Assembly (NCBI GenBank): GCA_002402945.1 | Contig: DHGV01000001.1 | Coordinates: forward strand, 2,180 to 66,179 | Direction of reading: 5' to 3' | Source: Pelotomaculum sp. UBA4789 | GTDB taxonomy: Bacteria > Bacillota > Desulfotomaculia > Desulfotomaculales > Pelotomaculaceae | Length of the DNA: 64,000 nt | In this document: positions 28,844 to 38,313 of the stretch, one piece after another | How the letters are laid out: every line of letters starts with the position of its first letter | Numbering within the stretch: the first letter of the stretch is position 1 | Made by a program: the position numbers and the translations under genes | The notes under the pieces: model-generated | What the model saw: the letters and a program-made list of their open reading frames with translations, nothing else | The model's database searches: none | What the model was told of the DNA's origin: nothing

Positions 28844-30076
28844 TTAAAAATCCTCCCTGTTCGTGATCAGCCTTCTCATAATGGCAAATTCGGGTACCTG
28901 GCCGTCAACCGGGACCCGCACCAACTGCTGGGGGTGCGGCGCCGCTGCCACGGATTGTCCTGCCTCGTCGATGATCCCGGTTATTTTCTGCTTTATATTT
29001 TCCCCTTTAGGCATCATGATCTCCACCTCGTCCCCGAGGACAAAGCGGTTGCGCTGCTCGATGACCATCATCCCGGTTTCAGGTTCGTATCCCCTGACCA
29101 GGCCCGCGAACTCGTGGCTGCGCCTGTAGATCTCCCCTTCGTAATGCTGGCCGGAGTGGCCGGGCCGGCCAAACAGAAACCCAGTGGTATAGTCGCGGTG
29201 GCTGACTTTTTCGATCTCCTCCAGCCAGGCCGGGTTGAAACGGTAATTTTCCGGATCGCCCTGGTAAGTGTCAAGCGCCTCGCGGTAAGCCTTGACCACG
29301 CCAGCCACGTAATTGACGCTCTTCATCCGCCCTTCAATCTTGAAGCTGTTGACCCCGGCTCTGACCAGCTCAGGAATATGTTCGATCAGACAGAGGTCTT
29401 TGGACCCGAGAATATAGCTGCCCCGGCTGTCCTCTTCGAAGGGGAAATACTCGCCGGGTCTTTTTTCTTCCGCCAGGGCGTACTTCCAGCGGCAGGACTG
29501 GGCACAGTCGCCGCGGTTGGCGTCGCGGCCGGTCATGTAACTGCTTAGGAGGCAGCGGCCGGAATATGATACGCACATTGCGCCGTGCACGAACAGCTCC
29601 AGTTCCAGGCCGATCTTTTCCCGGATTTCACTGATCTCCGCCAGTGTTAGCTCCCGGGCCAGGACAATGCGCTTGATCCCATGTTCCTCCCAGAAGCGGG
29701 CGGAGGCCCAGTTGGTAGTGTTGGCCTGGGTGCTGAGGTGGACCGGCAGCTTTGGGTGGCGGCGCCTGGTAATATTGATCACACCGGGATCGGACACGAT
29801 TACCGCGTCTGCTCCTACTTCGCAGATGGTGTCCAGGTAAGGCGGCAACAGCTCCAAATCCCTGTTGTGCGCGAAAATGTTCACGGTCACATAGACCCGG
29901 GCGCCGTGGGCGTGGGCGAAACTTACCCCCTCCGCCAGTTCGGCGTCTTCAAAATTGCCCGCGCCCGCGCGCAGGCCAAAATGCCGCCCACCGAGGTAGA
30001 CGGCATCAGCGCCGTAAAGCACGGCAGCTTTTAGTTTTTCAAGATCGCCGGCGGGCGCGAGCAGCTCAGTTTTCAT
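28844..30076 (-). CDS. Peptidase U32-family protein (TrhP/YrrO-like tRNA hydroxylation)
   Basis: ELLAPAG, YGADAVY, HGAMCVSYSGRC, CAQSCRW, KIEGRMK. Confidence 0.92.
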   Translation of the reverse strand: MKTELLAPAGDLEKLKAAVLYGADAVYLGGRHFGLRAGAGNFEDAELAEGVSFAHAHGARVYVTVNIFAHNRDLELLPPYLDTICEVGADAVIVSDPGVINITRRRHPKLPVHLSTQANTTNWASARFWEEHGIKRIVLARELTLAEISEIREKIGLELELFVHGAMCVSYSGRCLLSSYMTGRDANRGDCAQSCRWKYALAEEKRPGEYFPFEEDSRGSYILGSKDLCLIEHIPELVRAGVNSFKIEGRMKSVNYVAGVVKAYREALDTYQGDPENYRFNPAWLEEIEKVSHRDYTTGFLFGRPGHSGQHYEGEIYRRSHEFAGLVRGYEPETGMMVIEQRNRFVLGDEVEIMMPKGENIKQKITGIIDEAGQSVAAAPHPQQLVRVPVDGQVPEFAIMRRLITNREDF

Positions 30077-31086
30077 TACTCGTACATCCTCTTATTGGCT
30101 TCATGCTCCTCTAAAGTCGTGGCAAAGGCATGCGAACCATCAGGTTTGGCCACATAGAAGAGATATTCCGTGGTTGTTGGCTGGACCGCGGCCAGCAGGG
30201 ATTTGCGTCCCGGCATGGAGATCGGGCCGGGCGGCAGCCCATAGATCTTATAAGTATTGTAGGGCGAGTCTATCTCCAGGTCCTGGTAGCTGAGCTCGGG
30301 CTTAGTTGCACCGAGAGCGTACTGTACACTGGCGCACAGCTGTAAGGGCATGTCTATTTTCAGACGGTTATAAATGACCCCGGCGATAAGTGACCTTTCC
30401 GCATCCACCAGCGCTTCGCGCTCGATCAGCGAGGCGATAATCACCGCCTCCTGCAGGGTAACGCCGGCTCTTCCAGCCTGCGCCGCGTAATCCAGCTCCT
30501 CCATTTCACGGGCAAAGCGTTCCAGCATCATGTCGATGATCGATATAGGTGTGCTGTCGCTGGCCACCTGGTAAGTGTCCGGAAAGAGGTAGCCTTCCAG
30601 GCGTTTTTCTCCCGCGGGCAGTTCATTTAGGAAGGAAAAATCGAATTCCGCGGTTGAGACCGCCTTCAGGAAGTCCTTTTTGTCCGCCAAACCTTTGTAG
30701 TCCAGCAGGCTGGCTATCTGTGCCGTCGTGTAACCCTCCGGCACAGTGAATGACTGCTCTGCCAGGCGTCCCTCCACCAGCTCCCTGAGCAGCTCTTTTG
30801 TCGAGAAGCTGCTGTTCAGCTTGTACTGCCCGGCCTTGATCTGGCTGTCCTTGCCGGTGAACCTGGCATAAAGACTGAATAACCTGGGGCTGCGCACCAG
30901 TTCATTCTGCTTCAGGATCTCACCCACCTGGTTCGCGGTGGCGCTGATCGGTATGGCCACAACGACCTCCCTGCCCTCGCTCCGCGGAGAAACAGGGGAA
31001 AGCATCACCCTGGCGTAAATAAATAAGACGCAGATAATGCCGAGCAGGATTAAGAACAAATAACGGTATTTACTGAGAAAATTCAT
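30076..31086 (-). CDS. mltG: Endolytic transglycosylase MltG
   Basis: TVPEG, LEGYLFPDTY, ASLIERE, SPYNTY, GLPPGPI. Confidence 0.93.
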   Translation of the reverse strand: MNFLSKYRYLFLILLGIICVLFIYARVMLSPVSPRSEGREVVVAIPISATANQVGEILKQNELVRSPRLFSLYARFTGKDSQIKAGQYKLNSSFSTKELLRELVEGRLAEQSFTVPEGYTTAQIASLLDYKGLADKKDFLKAVSTAEFDFSFLNELPAGEKRLEGYLFPDTYQVASDSTPISIIDMMLERFAREMEELDYAAQAGRAGVTLQEAVIIASLIEREALVDAERSLIAGVIYNRLKIDMPLQLCASVQYALGATKPELSYQDLEIDSPYNTYKIYGLPPGPISMPGRKSLLAAVQPTTTEYLFYVAKPDGSHAFATTLEEHEANKRMYE

Positions 31087-31115
31087 AAATACACCTTCTG
31101 ATTTGAGACATTTCC

Positions 31116-31144
31116 GCGTCAAGGGGACGGTTCTCTTGGCACGC
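31116..31144. repeat. REP-like hairpin, family A, inverted copy
   Basis: GTCAAGGGGACGGTTCTCTTGGC. Confidence 0.75.
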
Positions 31145-31278
31145 TTTTATCGTTAATTGGTACCAGGCAGAGGATCGGGGACACACCTCCTTCGGAGGAA
31201 TGTCCCCGATCGGAATGGTGATACATATTGCTAGATACTGTTGTCGTTAGTGTGACCAGATAGAGGAAAACGGACACA
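31141..31278. repeat. Repeat family B, two tandem copies (GATACT-TCGTT-ACCAG-GAGGA flank plus GGGGACAC hairpin)
   Basis: Copies at 31141-31211 and 31234-31278; related copies at 55488, 55621 and 63744. Confidence 0.7.
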
Positions 31279-31289
31279 TTGACCCCGGT

Positions 31290-32762
31290 TTAATCGCCGG
31301 GGATGATCGTACCGACGGTGGGCTTAGTCGACCCGCCGGGGGTTGTGTTTCCCGCGGGCTTGGTTGTTTGTAAAGGCGCTATTTTCGGCGCTGTTTCACC
31401 TGTCCCCACAGCGATCACCTTATTCTTTGCATTATATGAACTGTATATGGGCGCATCCCTTTTTTCCTCTTTGCCGTTCAGGTAAACTACCCGCTCCATG
31501 TATGCCCTGTAGCCAGTGGCCCCTTCTTTCTTGACCACCTGTGTGCCGCTGGGCAGGTTCGGGTCGTTTTCATAGACTACTCCGGGCGCTATTTCATCGG
31601 TAACCTCTGATTCTATGATGACATCTCTTTTATAAACGGTGTTGCCGAATATTTTTATGGTAATATATTCACCCTGAACGGTGGTTTTCAGATATAAATA
31701 GTCCGCCGTGTTGTTGCTGAACTTAAAATCGAGTGAGCCGTATGATACGGTGGCATCACGCCCGATGGGCACATAGCTCACGGGCAGCGAGTGGCTGGAA
31801 CGCTCCTCGATTTCCAGATTGGCCAGCAGCGCAGTGTTGAATAGGGTTGTTGAAACCTGGCAGATGCCGCCGCCAATGTCATCCACAAATTCATCGTTGA
31901 TAATCACCGGCGCCATCTTATAGCCGGTCTCGGAACTGCGGGGGCCGACAACTTCGTTGAAGGAGACCAACTGGCCCGGCATGACCAGAAGCCCGTCCAA
32001 TGCCTGGGCCGCCACGCCGACGTTGTAGGTGCGGTTGACCTTGGCAGAGTCGAATTTTGTGGTATAACCAGCCAGCAAGCCGTTTACTTTCATGGATTCA
32101 AGGTCGGCAGTGGTGAGCGCTGGCGCAGCAGGTACCAGGGACAGCACTACTTCATGTTTATTCTTGTACAGCACCTCGGTGATGTCCTTTTTCAGCTTGA
32201 CCAGGTCCGGGTCGATGCCGTTCTGGCTGAGGGCTACCGAAATCCTGTCACTGCCGCTGATCTTAAAGGACGCTGCCACTGGTTCCACGATTATCTCCGA
32301 GGCCAATCCCCTGACCCGCTGGGCCAGCTTTTCCTGGTCAAATTCGATATCAGGCTGTAGGGAGAGGCCGTTTTTCTCAATCTGACTTCTGTCCTGCCAG
32401 CGCTTAAACCTCGAACCCTCGTTTCCGGCCTGCAGCGCTGCCGCAATCACAGCTTCCTTGTTGATCTTAAGCCCCACGTCCTCCAGGGGCAGGATCCAGT
32501 TCCAGCCCTGGTAGCGCAGCGGCGCCTTTGCCGCCAGGAAACTGCTTTCCAGCCCAGTCAGCCTGGCCAGGCCCTCTGCTTTGGTTAAGCCGCCGAGGTC
32601 AATATCCATGACCTTCACACCAGGATTGATCTTTTCCGGCGGCGCGGCAAAAATATCCGTGCCGAAAAAACCAAGCGCCAGGATGACCAAAATTGCAACC
32701 AGGATCATATATAGCAGGCCGGATGTTTTTTTAGCTGTTTTTCCGGCTGTTTTTTCCGTCAT
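31290..32762 (-). CDS. VanW-family protein with PG-binding and G5-like domains
   Basis: SFNEVVG, GGGICQVSTTL, HSLPVSYVP, GRDATV, DFKF; N-terminal TM. Confidence 0.9.
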   Translation of the reverse strand: MTEKTAGKTAKKTSGLLYMILVAILVILALGFFGTDIFAAPPEKINPGVKVMDIDLGGLTKAEGLARLTGLESSFLAAKAPLRYQGWNWILPLEDVGLKINKEAVIAAALQAGNEGSRFKRWQDRSQIEKNGLSLQPDIEFDQEKLAQRVRGLASEIIVEPVAASFKISGSDRISVALSQNGIDPDLVKLKKDITEVLYKNKHEVVLSLVPAAPALTTADLESMKVNGLLAGYTTKFDSAKVNRTYNVGVAAQALDGLLVMPGQLVSFNEVVGPRSSETGYKMAPVIINDEFVDDIGGGICQVSTTLFNTALLANLEIEERSSHSLPVSYVPIGRDATVSYGSLDFKFSNNTADYLYLKTTVQGEYITIKIFGNTVYKRDVIIESEVTDEIAPGVVYENDPNLPSGTQVVKKEGATGYRAYMERVVYLNGKEEKRDAPIYSSYNAKNKVIAVGTGETAPKIAPLQTTKPAGNTTPGGSTKPTVGTIIPGD

Positions 32763-32784
32763 TTAGGCACACCCTTCATACCGC

Positions 32785-32821
32785 AAAAAAAGCTGGATTG
32801 CAGACTGATGCAACCAGCTTT
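32785..32821 (-). terminator. Terminator after the DUF1292 gene
   Basis: AAAGCTGG...CCAGC hairpin with a T-run on the minus strand. Confidence 0.6.
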
Positions 32822-32834
32822 AATCTCTTAAATT

Positions 32835-33107
32835 TTACTCGACGTCTTCTTCGGCCACCATTTCTTCCCAGGCTTCGGAAACTTTTTCCCATTCCTCGTC
32901 GTCTTCAATGTCGACCAGCAGCTCGTTTCCTTCTTCGTCCTTGTCGAATTTCAAGATTATAGCTTCATTATTTTCTTCATCGACCGGCAGCAAGATGGCA
33001 TATTCAGCGCCGTCTACCTCAATGATATCGATCACCGCAAAATCATGCTCTTCTCCCTCTTCGTCCACCAGCGTTACAACTTCATCCTCTTCAGTCAATT
33101 TAATCAC
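32835..33107 (-). CDS. DUF1292 (YrzB-like) acidic protein
   Basis: LVDEEGEE.DF...YAILLP...IEDDEEWEKV; follows ruvX. Confidence 0.88.
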   Translation of the reverse strand: MIKLTEEDEVVTLVDEEGEEHDFAVIDIIEVDGAEYAILLPVDEENNEAIILKFDKDEEGNELLVDIEDDEEWEKVSEAWEEMVAEEDVE

Positions 33108-33155
33108 CTCTCCTACAATCTATTGGAAAAATTTTATCTAAAAAAAGGTGTCCTG

Positions 33156-33599
33156 TCAAGCTAATGAATCCGGCTCAGCTTTTCTGTGCCCGGCGTCGAG
33201 GTAGTTCTGCAGGATCAGGATGGCCGCCATTTTGTCAATTACCTGCTTCCGCCTGGCCCTGCTGACGTCTGCATCGATCAGCACCCGCTGCGCCTCAGCC
33301 GTCGTCAGCCTTTCATCCCACATTTCCACAGGCAGGTCCAGCGCCCTGGCCAGCCGGCCGGCGAAATCACGGGCTTTTTCCGCACGGGGGCCCGAGCTGC
33401 CGTCCATATTCAGGGGCAGGCCCACAACCACCTTCTCCACCTCGTGTTTGACGACAATATCCCTGATCTTCCTGATATCGTTTTTGCTGCCACCGCTGCC
33501 GCTGATCACTTCTAAGCCCTGCGCTGTCCAACCCATCGGGTCACTCAGCGCCAGCCCTATTCTTTTGTCCCCCAGGTCGATTCCCAGTATGCGCATCAT
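33156..33599 (-). CDS. ruvX: YqgF/RuvX-family nuclease
   Basis: ILGIDLGDKRIGLALSD, VVGLP, WDERLTT, IDKMAA; start taken at ATG 33599 or 33596. Confidence 0.93.
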   Translation of the reverse strand: MMRILGIDLGDKRIGLALSDPMGWTAQGLEVISGSGGSKNDIRKIRDIVVKHEVEKVVVGLPLNMDGSSGPRAEKARDFAGRLARALDLPVEMWDERLTTAEAQRVLIDADVSRARRKQVIDKMAAILILQNYLDAGHRKAEPDSLA

Positions 33600-34546
33600 C
33601 AGATCACCTTTATGCAGAAGTCGGGGCAGGCGGCGGCGCAGTAGCTGCAAAGGATGCAGCGGACTTCGTCCACCTTGGCTTTGCCTGCTTTCATTTCCAG
33701 TGCTCCTGAACGGCATCTTTCCACGCACTGCCCGCAACCCAGGCACCAGTCATCAATATGAAGGCGCCTTACCTGGCGCCCGACAATAGTTTTGAGCTCT
33801 GGCGTAACTTCTTTGCCGCTGAATAAAAGGGTGTTGTATTCCACTTCATGGACCGAGCTCATCCCTACCGCCACCGCGTCTATCTCCGGGATGGACATGA
33901 TGTATTCGAAAGCAGCCTCCGGCCGGTCAAGCAAGTGCCCGCCGCCCAGAGCTTTCATAGCGTATATACCTTTACCCACAGCAGCGGCGGCCCTGATGGC
34001 CGCCAGCATGTCTTCCCTTGTGCCGCCCATGATGCCGATGCCGGACGCATTAATCAGGGGATGAATCACATCTATTTCCGGGAACTCCGCGGCGCCCAGC
34101 ACCCCTCCCACATGGTGGGTGGAAATACCGGCGGCCCTGATGATCCCCTTTTTTTTGGCTTCCAGCAGGTATCCGTACGCCTCCCAGTGGCCTTTGATAG
34201 TCAGTGACGACTCCTGTTCATGGAGCATGAAAATATCTACATAATCCCGGCCGAGCTCGTTCAGCGCTTTTTCAACACTTTGCTTCATGCCCTGGTAAGT
34301 GTATTCATAGCATTTCGAGCAGATGACAACATCACGGTCAAAGCCGCGGAGCGCCTCACGAATATATGAGTATGTGCGGTACAGCTCCGCTGTGTCTATG
34401 AAATTCACACCGCACTCCAGGGCCCGGCGGATGACAGCCGCCCCTTCTTTCAGGGACAGGTTGGCCTGAAGCGGGCTGATGGTCAAAGCGCCAAAACACA
34501 GCCTGGACACCATTATGCCGGTCCTGCCGAGGGCCCTGTACTGCAA
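33599..34546 (-). CDS. Aldo/keto reductase with a C-terminal 2x[4Fe-4S] domain
   Basis: LGRTG, IDTAELY; CLGCGQCVERC and CILCSYCAAACP. Confidence 0.88.
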   Translation of the reverse strand: MQYRALGRTGIMVSRLCFGALTISPLQANLSLKEGAAVIRRALECGVNFIDTAELYRTYSYIREALRGFDRDVVICSKCYEYTYQGMKQSVEKALNELGRDYVDIFMLHEQESSLTIKGHWEAYGYLLEAKKKGIIRAAGISTHHVGGVLGAAEFPEIDVIHPLINASGIGIMGGTREDMLAAIRAAAAVGKGIYAMKALGGGHLLDRPEAAFEYIMSIPEIDAVAVGMSSVHEVEYNTLLFSGKEVTPELKTIVGRQVRRLHIDDWCLGCGQCVERCRSGALEMKAGKAKVDEVRCILCSYCAAACPDFCIKVI

Positions 34547-34565
34547 CTGTTCTCCAACTCCCAGC

Positions 34566-34832
34566 TTATTTTTGCTTTTGCCCGAGATAACTTTTTACCA
34601 GTTCCTCCAGCAGTTCATCCCGCTCCAGCCTGCGGATCAGGTTACGGGCGTTGCCGTGGCTGGTGATGTAGGCCGGATCACCGGAAAGCAGGTACCCTAC
34701 CAGCTGGTTGATTGGATTATATCCTTTTTCGACGAGCGCATCGTAAACCTGATGCAGTATGTCCCGGGCCTGTTTAACTTCCTCGGCCTGGACCTTGAAC
34801 ATCATGGTTTTGTCTGAAAAATCCGAAGACAT
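34566..34832 (-). CDS. ireB: IreB/ReoM (UPF0297) regulatory phosphoprotein
   Basis: [29 protein letters not shown]. Confidence 0.92.
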   Translation of the reverse strand: MSSDFSDKTMMFKVQAEEVKQARDILHQVYDALVEKGYNPINQLVGYLLSGDPAYITSHGNARNLIRRLERDELLEELVKSYLGQKQK

Positions 34833-35025
34833 CTATGGCAACCCCCTTTATTTAAGACTATTCGACAGTAATTATTTTTTCCTGCAAAAAATAATATATC
34901 TGTTGTAAAAAGCTTTCTATTTAAAATCATTGTCAGAAACAGGCGCTGCTAATAAAATTTAATTTGAGCCGCCTGTGCAAGTGATATATAATACAAAGTA
35001 ATTCCAGGGAAAGGTGATAAATTAG

Positions 35026-35499
35026 ATGGAATACCGCAAAGCAAAAATTACGGATGTCGAGCCGATTCACGCCTTGATCACTTATTATGCCGACCGGGGG
35101 CTTATGCTTGCCCGGCCCCGCACCCTGCTGTATGAAAGCCTGCGCGAATTTACCGTTGCCGTGGATCAGGACAGGGTTGTCGGTGTAGGCTCGCTGCATA
35201 TTATATGGGAAGACCTGGCGGAAATCAGGGCGCTGGCTGTGGCGCCGGAGTATGCCGGCAAAGGGGTCGGCAGCGGGCTTGTCAAAAATTTTATCAACGA
35301 AGCGCGCGAGCTGGCTATACCACGGGTTTTCGCCCTTACCTACCAGGACGGTTTCTTTGAAAAATGCGGTTTTAAAGTTGTAGATAAGGATTCTCTGCCC
35401 CAAAAAGTGTGGAAGGAATGTGTCAACTGCCCGAAATTCCCCAACTGCGAGGAAATCGCCGTGATCATCGATTCCGGCGTCCCGGCTCCTATTTGTTGA
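35026..35499 (+). CDS. argA: Short GNAT amino-acid N-acetyltransferase (ArgA-like)
   Basis: LAEIRALAV, VFALTY, LPQKVWKECVNCPKFPNCEE. Confidence 0.8.
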   Translation: MEYRKAKITDVEPIHALITYYADRGLMLARPRTLLYESLREFTVAVDQDRVVGVGSLHIIWEDLAEIRALAVAPEYAGKGVGSGLVKNFINEARELAIPRVFALTYQDGFFEKCGFKVVDKDSLPQKVWKECVNCPKFPNCEEIAVIIDSGVPAPIC

Positions 35500-35550
35500 A
35501 TATAAAACGGTCTATAACCCGGCTGGCCAACAGACCTGCCGGGTTTTATT

Positions 35551-38187
35551 TTACTTGATTTGGCCTTCTACAACCCGGTAGGCAATTTCCAGGGCTTCGC
35601 TCAGCCGGGACGGATCTTTGCCGCCCGCCTGGGCCATTTCCGGCCTGCCGCCGCCGCCGCCGCCAACTACCGCGGCCACTTCTTTGACCAGTTTTCCGGC
35701 ATGCAGCCCGGCGCCCAGCAGATCCTTTGTGACCGCGGCCACAAGGTTCACCTTGTCACCGGCAGCGCTGCCCAGGATGATCACCCCTGATCCAATTTTA
35801 TCCCGCAGCAGGTCTACCATGCTCCGCAGGCTGTCCATATCCGGCGCCGTAGCCTGTGCGGCCAGCACCTTGATCCCCTTGATTTCCTGCACCCGGTCCA
35901 GTATGTCATGCACCTGGTACCGAGCCAGCTTGGCCAGGAGCGCGTCTTTTTCCGCTTCCAGCTCCCGGTTATGTTCCAGCAGGGCTTCCACACGGCGGGC
36001 AGCCTCATGCGGCGCTGCCTTGACCAGCCTGGCCACCCCGGTCAACTGTTCTTCCTGGTCATTGACATAGCGCAGGGCCCCTTTTCCGGTGACCGCTTCC
36101 ACGCGGCGCAGGCCGGCGCCGATGCTGCTTTCTCCCACCAGCTTAAACAAGCCGACTTCAGCGGTGTTGCGCAGGTGAGTGCCGCCGCAGAGTTCCAGGC
36201 TGAAGTCGCCCATCCTGATCACTCTAACCCGCTCCCCGTATTTTTCACCAAAGAGAGCGGCTGCTCCCATAGCTTTGGCCTCATCTACAGAGGTTTCAAA
36301 AACATCTACCGGCAGGTCGTCCAAGACCGCGTTATTAACTATTTCCTCTACTTTTCTGATATCGCCGTCGGCTATCGCCGCGTAATGCGTGAAGTCAAAG
36401 CGCAGCCGCTCGGGATCAACCAGCGAGCCCGCCTGGCTGACGTGATCGCCCAGGACCATCTTCAGCGCCCGGTGCAGCAGGTGGGTGGCTGAGTGGTTGC
36501 GGCAGGTCGCCAGCCTTCTGGATACATCCACCTGTATAGTTACAAGATCATGTTCACTTAAAGTACCACTGATCACCCTGCCGCGATGCACAAAAAGGTT
36601 TTCCACCGGCTTGGTAACCTCGTATATTTCTACTTCCAGCCCGGGTGCGGTCAGCCTCCCGTAGTCGCCTACCTGGCCGCCCGATTCAGCATAGCAGGGG
36701 GTAACATCCAGGATGAATTCCGCTTCTGCCCCCGCTGCCGCGGTCTTGACTCTTTCCCCATCTCTGAAAATACCCTGCACGCTGGCTTTGGCCTCCAGAG
36801 AATCGTAGCCGACAAAATTGGTCTCGCCTATTTCCTCGCGCAGCGCCTGAAAGAGGGCGCCCCGCTCTGATATATATTCAGTCTCCTGCCTGGCGCTGCG
36901 GGCCCGCCGCCGCTGGTCCTCCATCGCCAGGGAAAAGCCATCTGTGTCTACCATGAAACCCTGTTCTTCCGCCATTTCCTGCGTCAGCTCGAGGGGGAAA
37001 CCGTAGGTATCGTAAAGCTTAAAGGCGTCCGCGCCCGTGATCAGAGAACTGCCTGCCGCTTTGGCCTCGTCCATCAGCCGGTTCAGCATTTCCGTGCCCA
37101 GAGCCAGGGTCTCTGAAAAGCGCTTCTCCTCGCTGTGAACGACGCTGAGCACGTGGTCCTTCCGTTCCACCAGCTCCGGGTACGCCTGGCCCATCTGTTT
37201 TACCACTGCCCCGCCCACCTTGTACAGAAACAGGTCCTGGGTGCCGAGCAGCCGGCCGAAACGCGCCGCCCGCCGCAGCAGGCGCCGGATGACATAGCCC
37301 CTGCCCTCATTGGAGGGCAGCGCGCCATCGGTGATGGCAAAGGTGATTGCCCGGCAGTGGTCCGCGATCACTTTTAAAGCGAGGTCGACCTTTTCTTCCC
37401 TGCCGTACTCCAGCCCGAACAGGCCGGCGGTGTAGTCCATGATTTCCCGCAGCAGGTCGGTGTCAAAGTTGGAGGGCACGCCCTGCAGTACCGAGGCCAC
37501 CCGCTCCAGGCCAAACCCGGTGTCGATGCCCTTGCTGGCCAGCGGCGTATAATTGCCCTCTTCATCCCGGAAAAACTGGATGAAAACCAGGTTCCAGATC
37601 TCCAGGTAGCGGTCACAGTCGCAGCCGACAGCGCAGTCAGGAGACCCGCACCCTCTTGCCGCGCCGAGGTCTACATATATTTCCGAGCATGGGCCGCAGG
37701 GCCCCACGCCGATTTCCCAAAAGTTGGTGTCCTTGTCCAGCCTGACGATCCGTTCAGCCGGGACGCCTACAACTTTATGCCAGATCTCATAGGCCTCGTC
37801 GTCATCGAGGTAGATGGTGATCCACAGCTTCTCCGCCGGCAGGCGCAGGATCTCGGTGACAAATTCCCACGCCCAGGGGATAGCGCTTTCTTTGAAATAA
37901 TCGCCGAAGGAAAAATTGCCGAGCATTTCAAAAAAAGTGTGGTGGCGCGCGGTCCGGCCCACTGACTCAATGTCCGGGGTGCGGATGCATTTCTGGCAGG
38001 TGGTCACCTTGGTGTATTCCGGCTTGGCTGCACCTGTAAAAAACGGCTTAAAGGGAACCATTCCCGCAGCCGTCCACAAAATACTCGGGTCATTTACGGG
38101 GATCAGCGATGCGCTGGGCAGCCTTTTATGCCCCTTACTTTCAAAAAACTTCAGGTAGCCTTCTCTGATTTCATTTCCGGTCATCAA
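35551..38187 (-). CDS. alaS: Alanine--tRNA ligase
   Basis: HHTFFEMLGNFSFGDYFK, GPCGPCSE, NHSATHLLH, ELCGGTH, GGGGGRP. Confidence 0.98.
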   Translation of the reverse strand: MMTGNEIREGYLKFFESKGHKRLPSASLIPVNDPSILWTAAGMVPFKPFFTGAAKPEYTKVTTCQKCIRTPDIESVGRTARHHTFFEMLGNFSFGDYFKESAIPWAWEFVTEILRLPAEKLWITIYLDDDEAYEIWHKVVGVPAERIVRLDKDTNFWEIGVGPCGPCSEIYVDLGAARGCGSPDCAVGCDCDRYLEIWNLVFIQFFRDEEGNYTPLASKGIDTGFGLERVASVLQGVPSNFDTDLLREIMDYTAGLFGLEYGREEKVDLALKVIADHCRAITFAITDGALPSNEGRGYVIRRLLRRAARFGRLLGTQDLFLYKVGGAVVKQMGQAYPELVERKDHVLSVVHSEEKRFSETLALGTEMLNRLMDEAKAAGSSLITGADAFKLYDTYGFPLELTQEMAEEQGFMVDTDGFSLAMEDQRRRARSARQETEYISERGALFQALREEIGETNFVGYDSLEAKASVQGIFRDGERVKTAAAGAEAEFILDVTPCYAESGGQVGDYGRLTAPGLEVEIYEVTKPVENLFVHRGRVISGTLSEHDLVTIQVDVSRRLATCRNHSATHLLHRALKMVLGDHVSQAGSLVDPERLRFDFTHYAAIADGDIRKVEEIVNNAVLDDLPVDVFETSVDEAKAMGAAALFGEKYGERVRVIRMGDFSLELCGGTHLRNTAEVGLFKLVGESSIGAGLRRVEAVTGKGALRYVNDQEEQLTGVARLVKAAPHEAARRVEALLEHNRELEAEKDALLAKLARYQVHDILDRVQEIKGIKVLAAQATAPDMDSLRSMVDLLRDKIGSGVIILGSAAGDKVNLVAAVTKDLLGAGLHAGKLVKEVAAVVGGGGGGRPEMAQAGGKDPSRLSEALEIAYRVVEGQIK

Positions 38188-38225
38188 TAGTAAAACCAGC
38201 CTTTTTCTTGTATTTTTGCGCTATA

Positions 38226-38255
38226 ATTATACAAAATGTTCCCGCGCAGTGTCAA
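38226..38255 (-). promoter_or_regulatory. Sigma-A promoter of alaS
   Basis: TTGACA-N18-TATAAT; the -10 box is about 40 bp from the start codon. Confidence 0.7.
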
Positions 38256-38269
38256 ACCAAATTGCAGGC

Positions 38270-38311
38270 TTGGGACAGGGGGGACAGGTACCTTGTCCCC
38301 CCTGTCCCAAG
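38270..38311. repeat. GC-rich hairpin related to REP family A
   Basis: TTGGGACAGGGGGGACA-GGTACCT-TGTCCCCCCTGTCCCAA. Confidence 0.65.
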
Positions 38312-38313
38312 TT

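Noticed and set aside
28421-29548. 375-aa plus-strand ORF and the many other antisense or nested ORFs in the track
   Set aside because: They overlap well-supported minus-strand genes, as expected from GC-rich codon bias.
31141-31278. Family B tandem repeats as a mini CRISPR array
   Set aside because: There are only two divergent copies per locus, spacing is irregular, and no cas genes are present.
33600-33746. N-terminal extension of RuvX in the ORF track
   Set aside because: It overlaps the ferredoxin domain of the upstream aldo/keto reductase in another frame.
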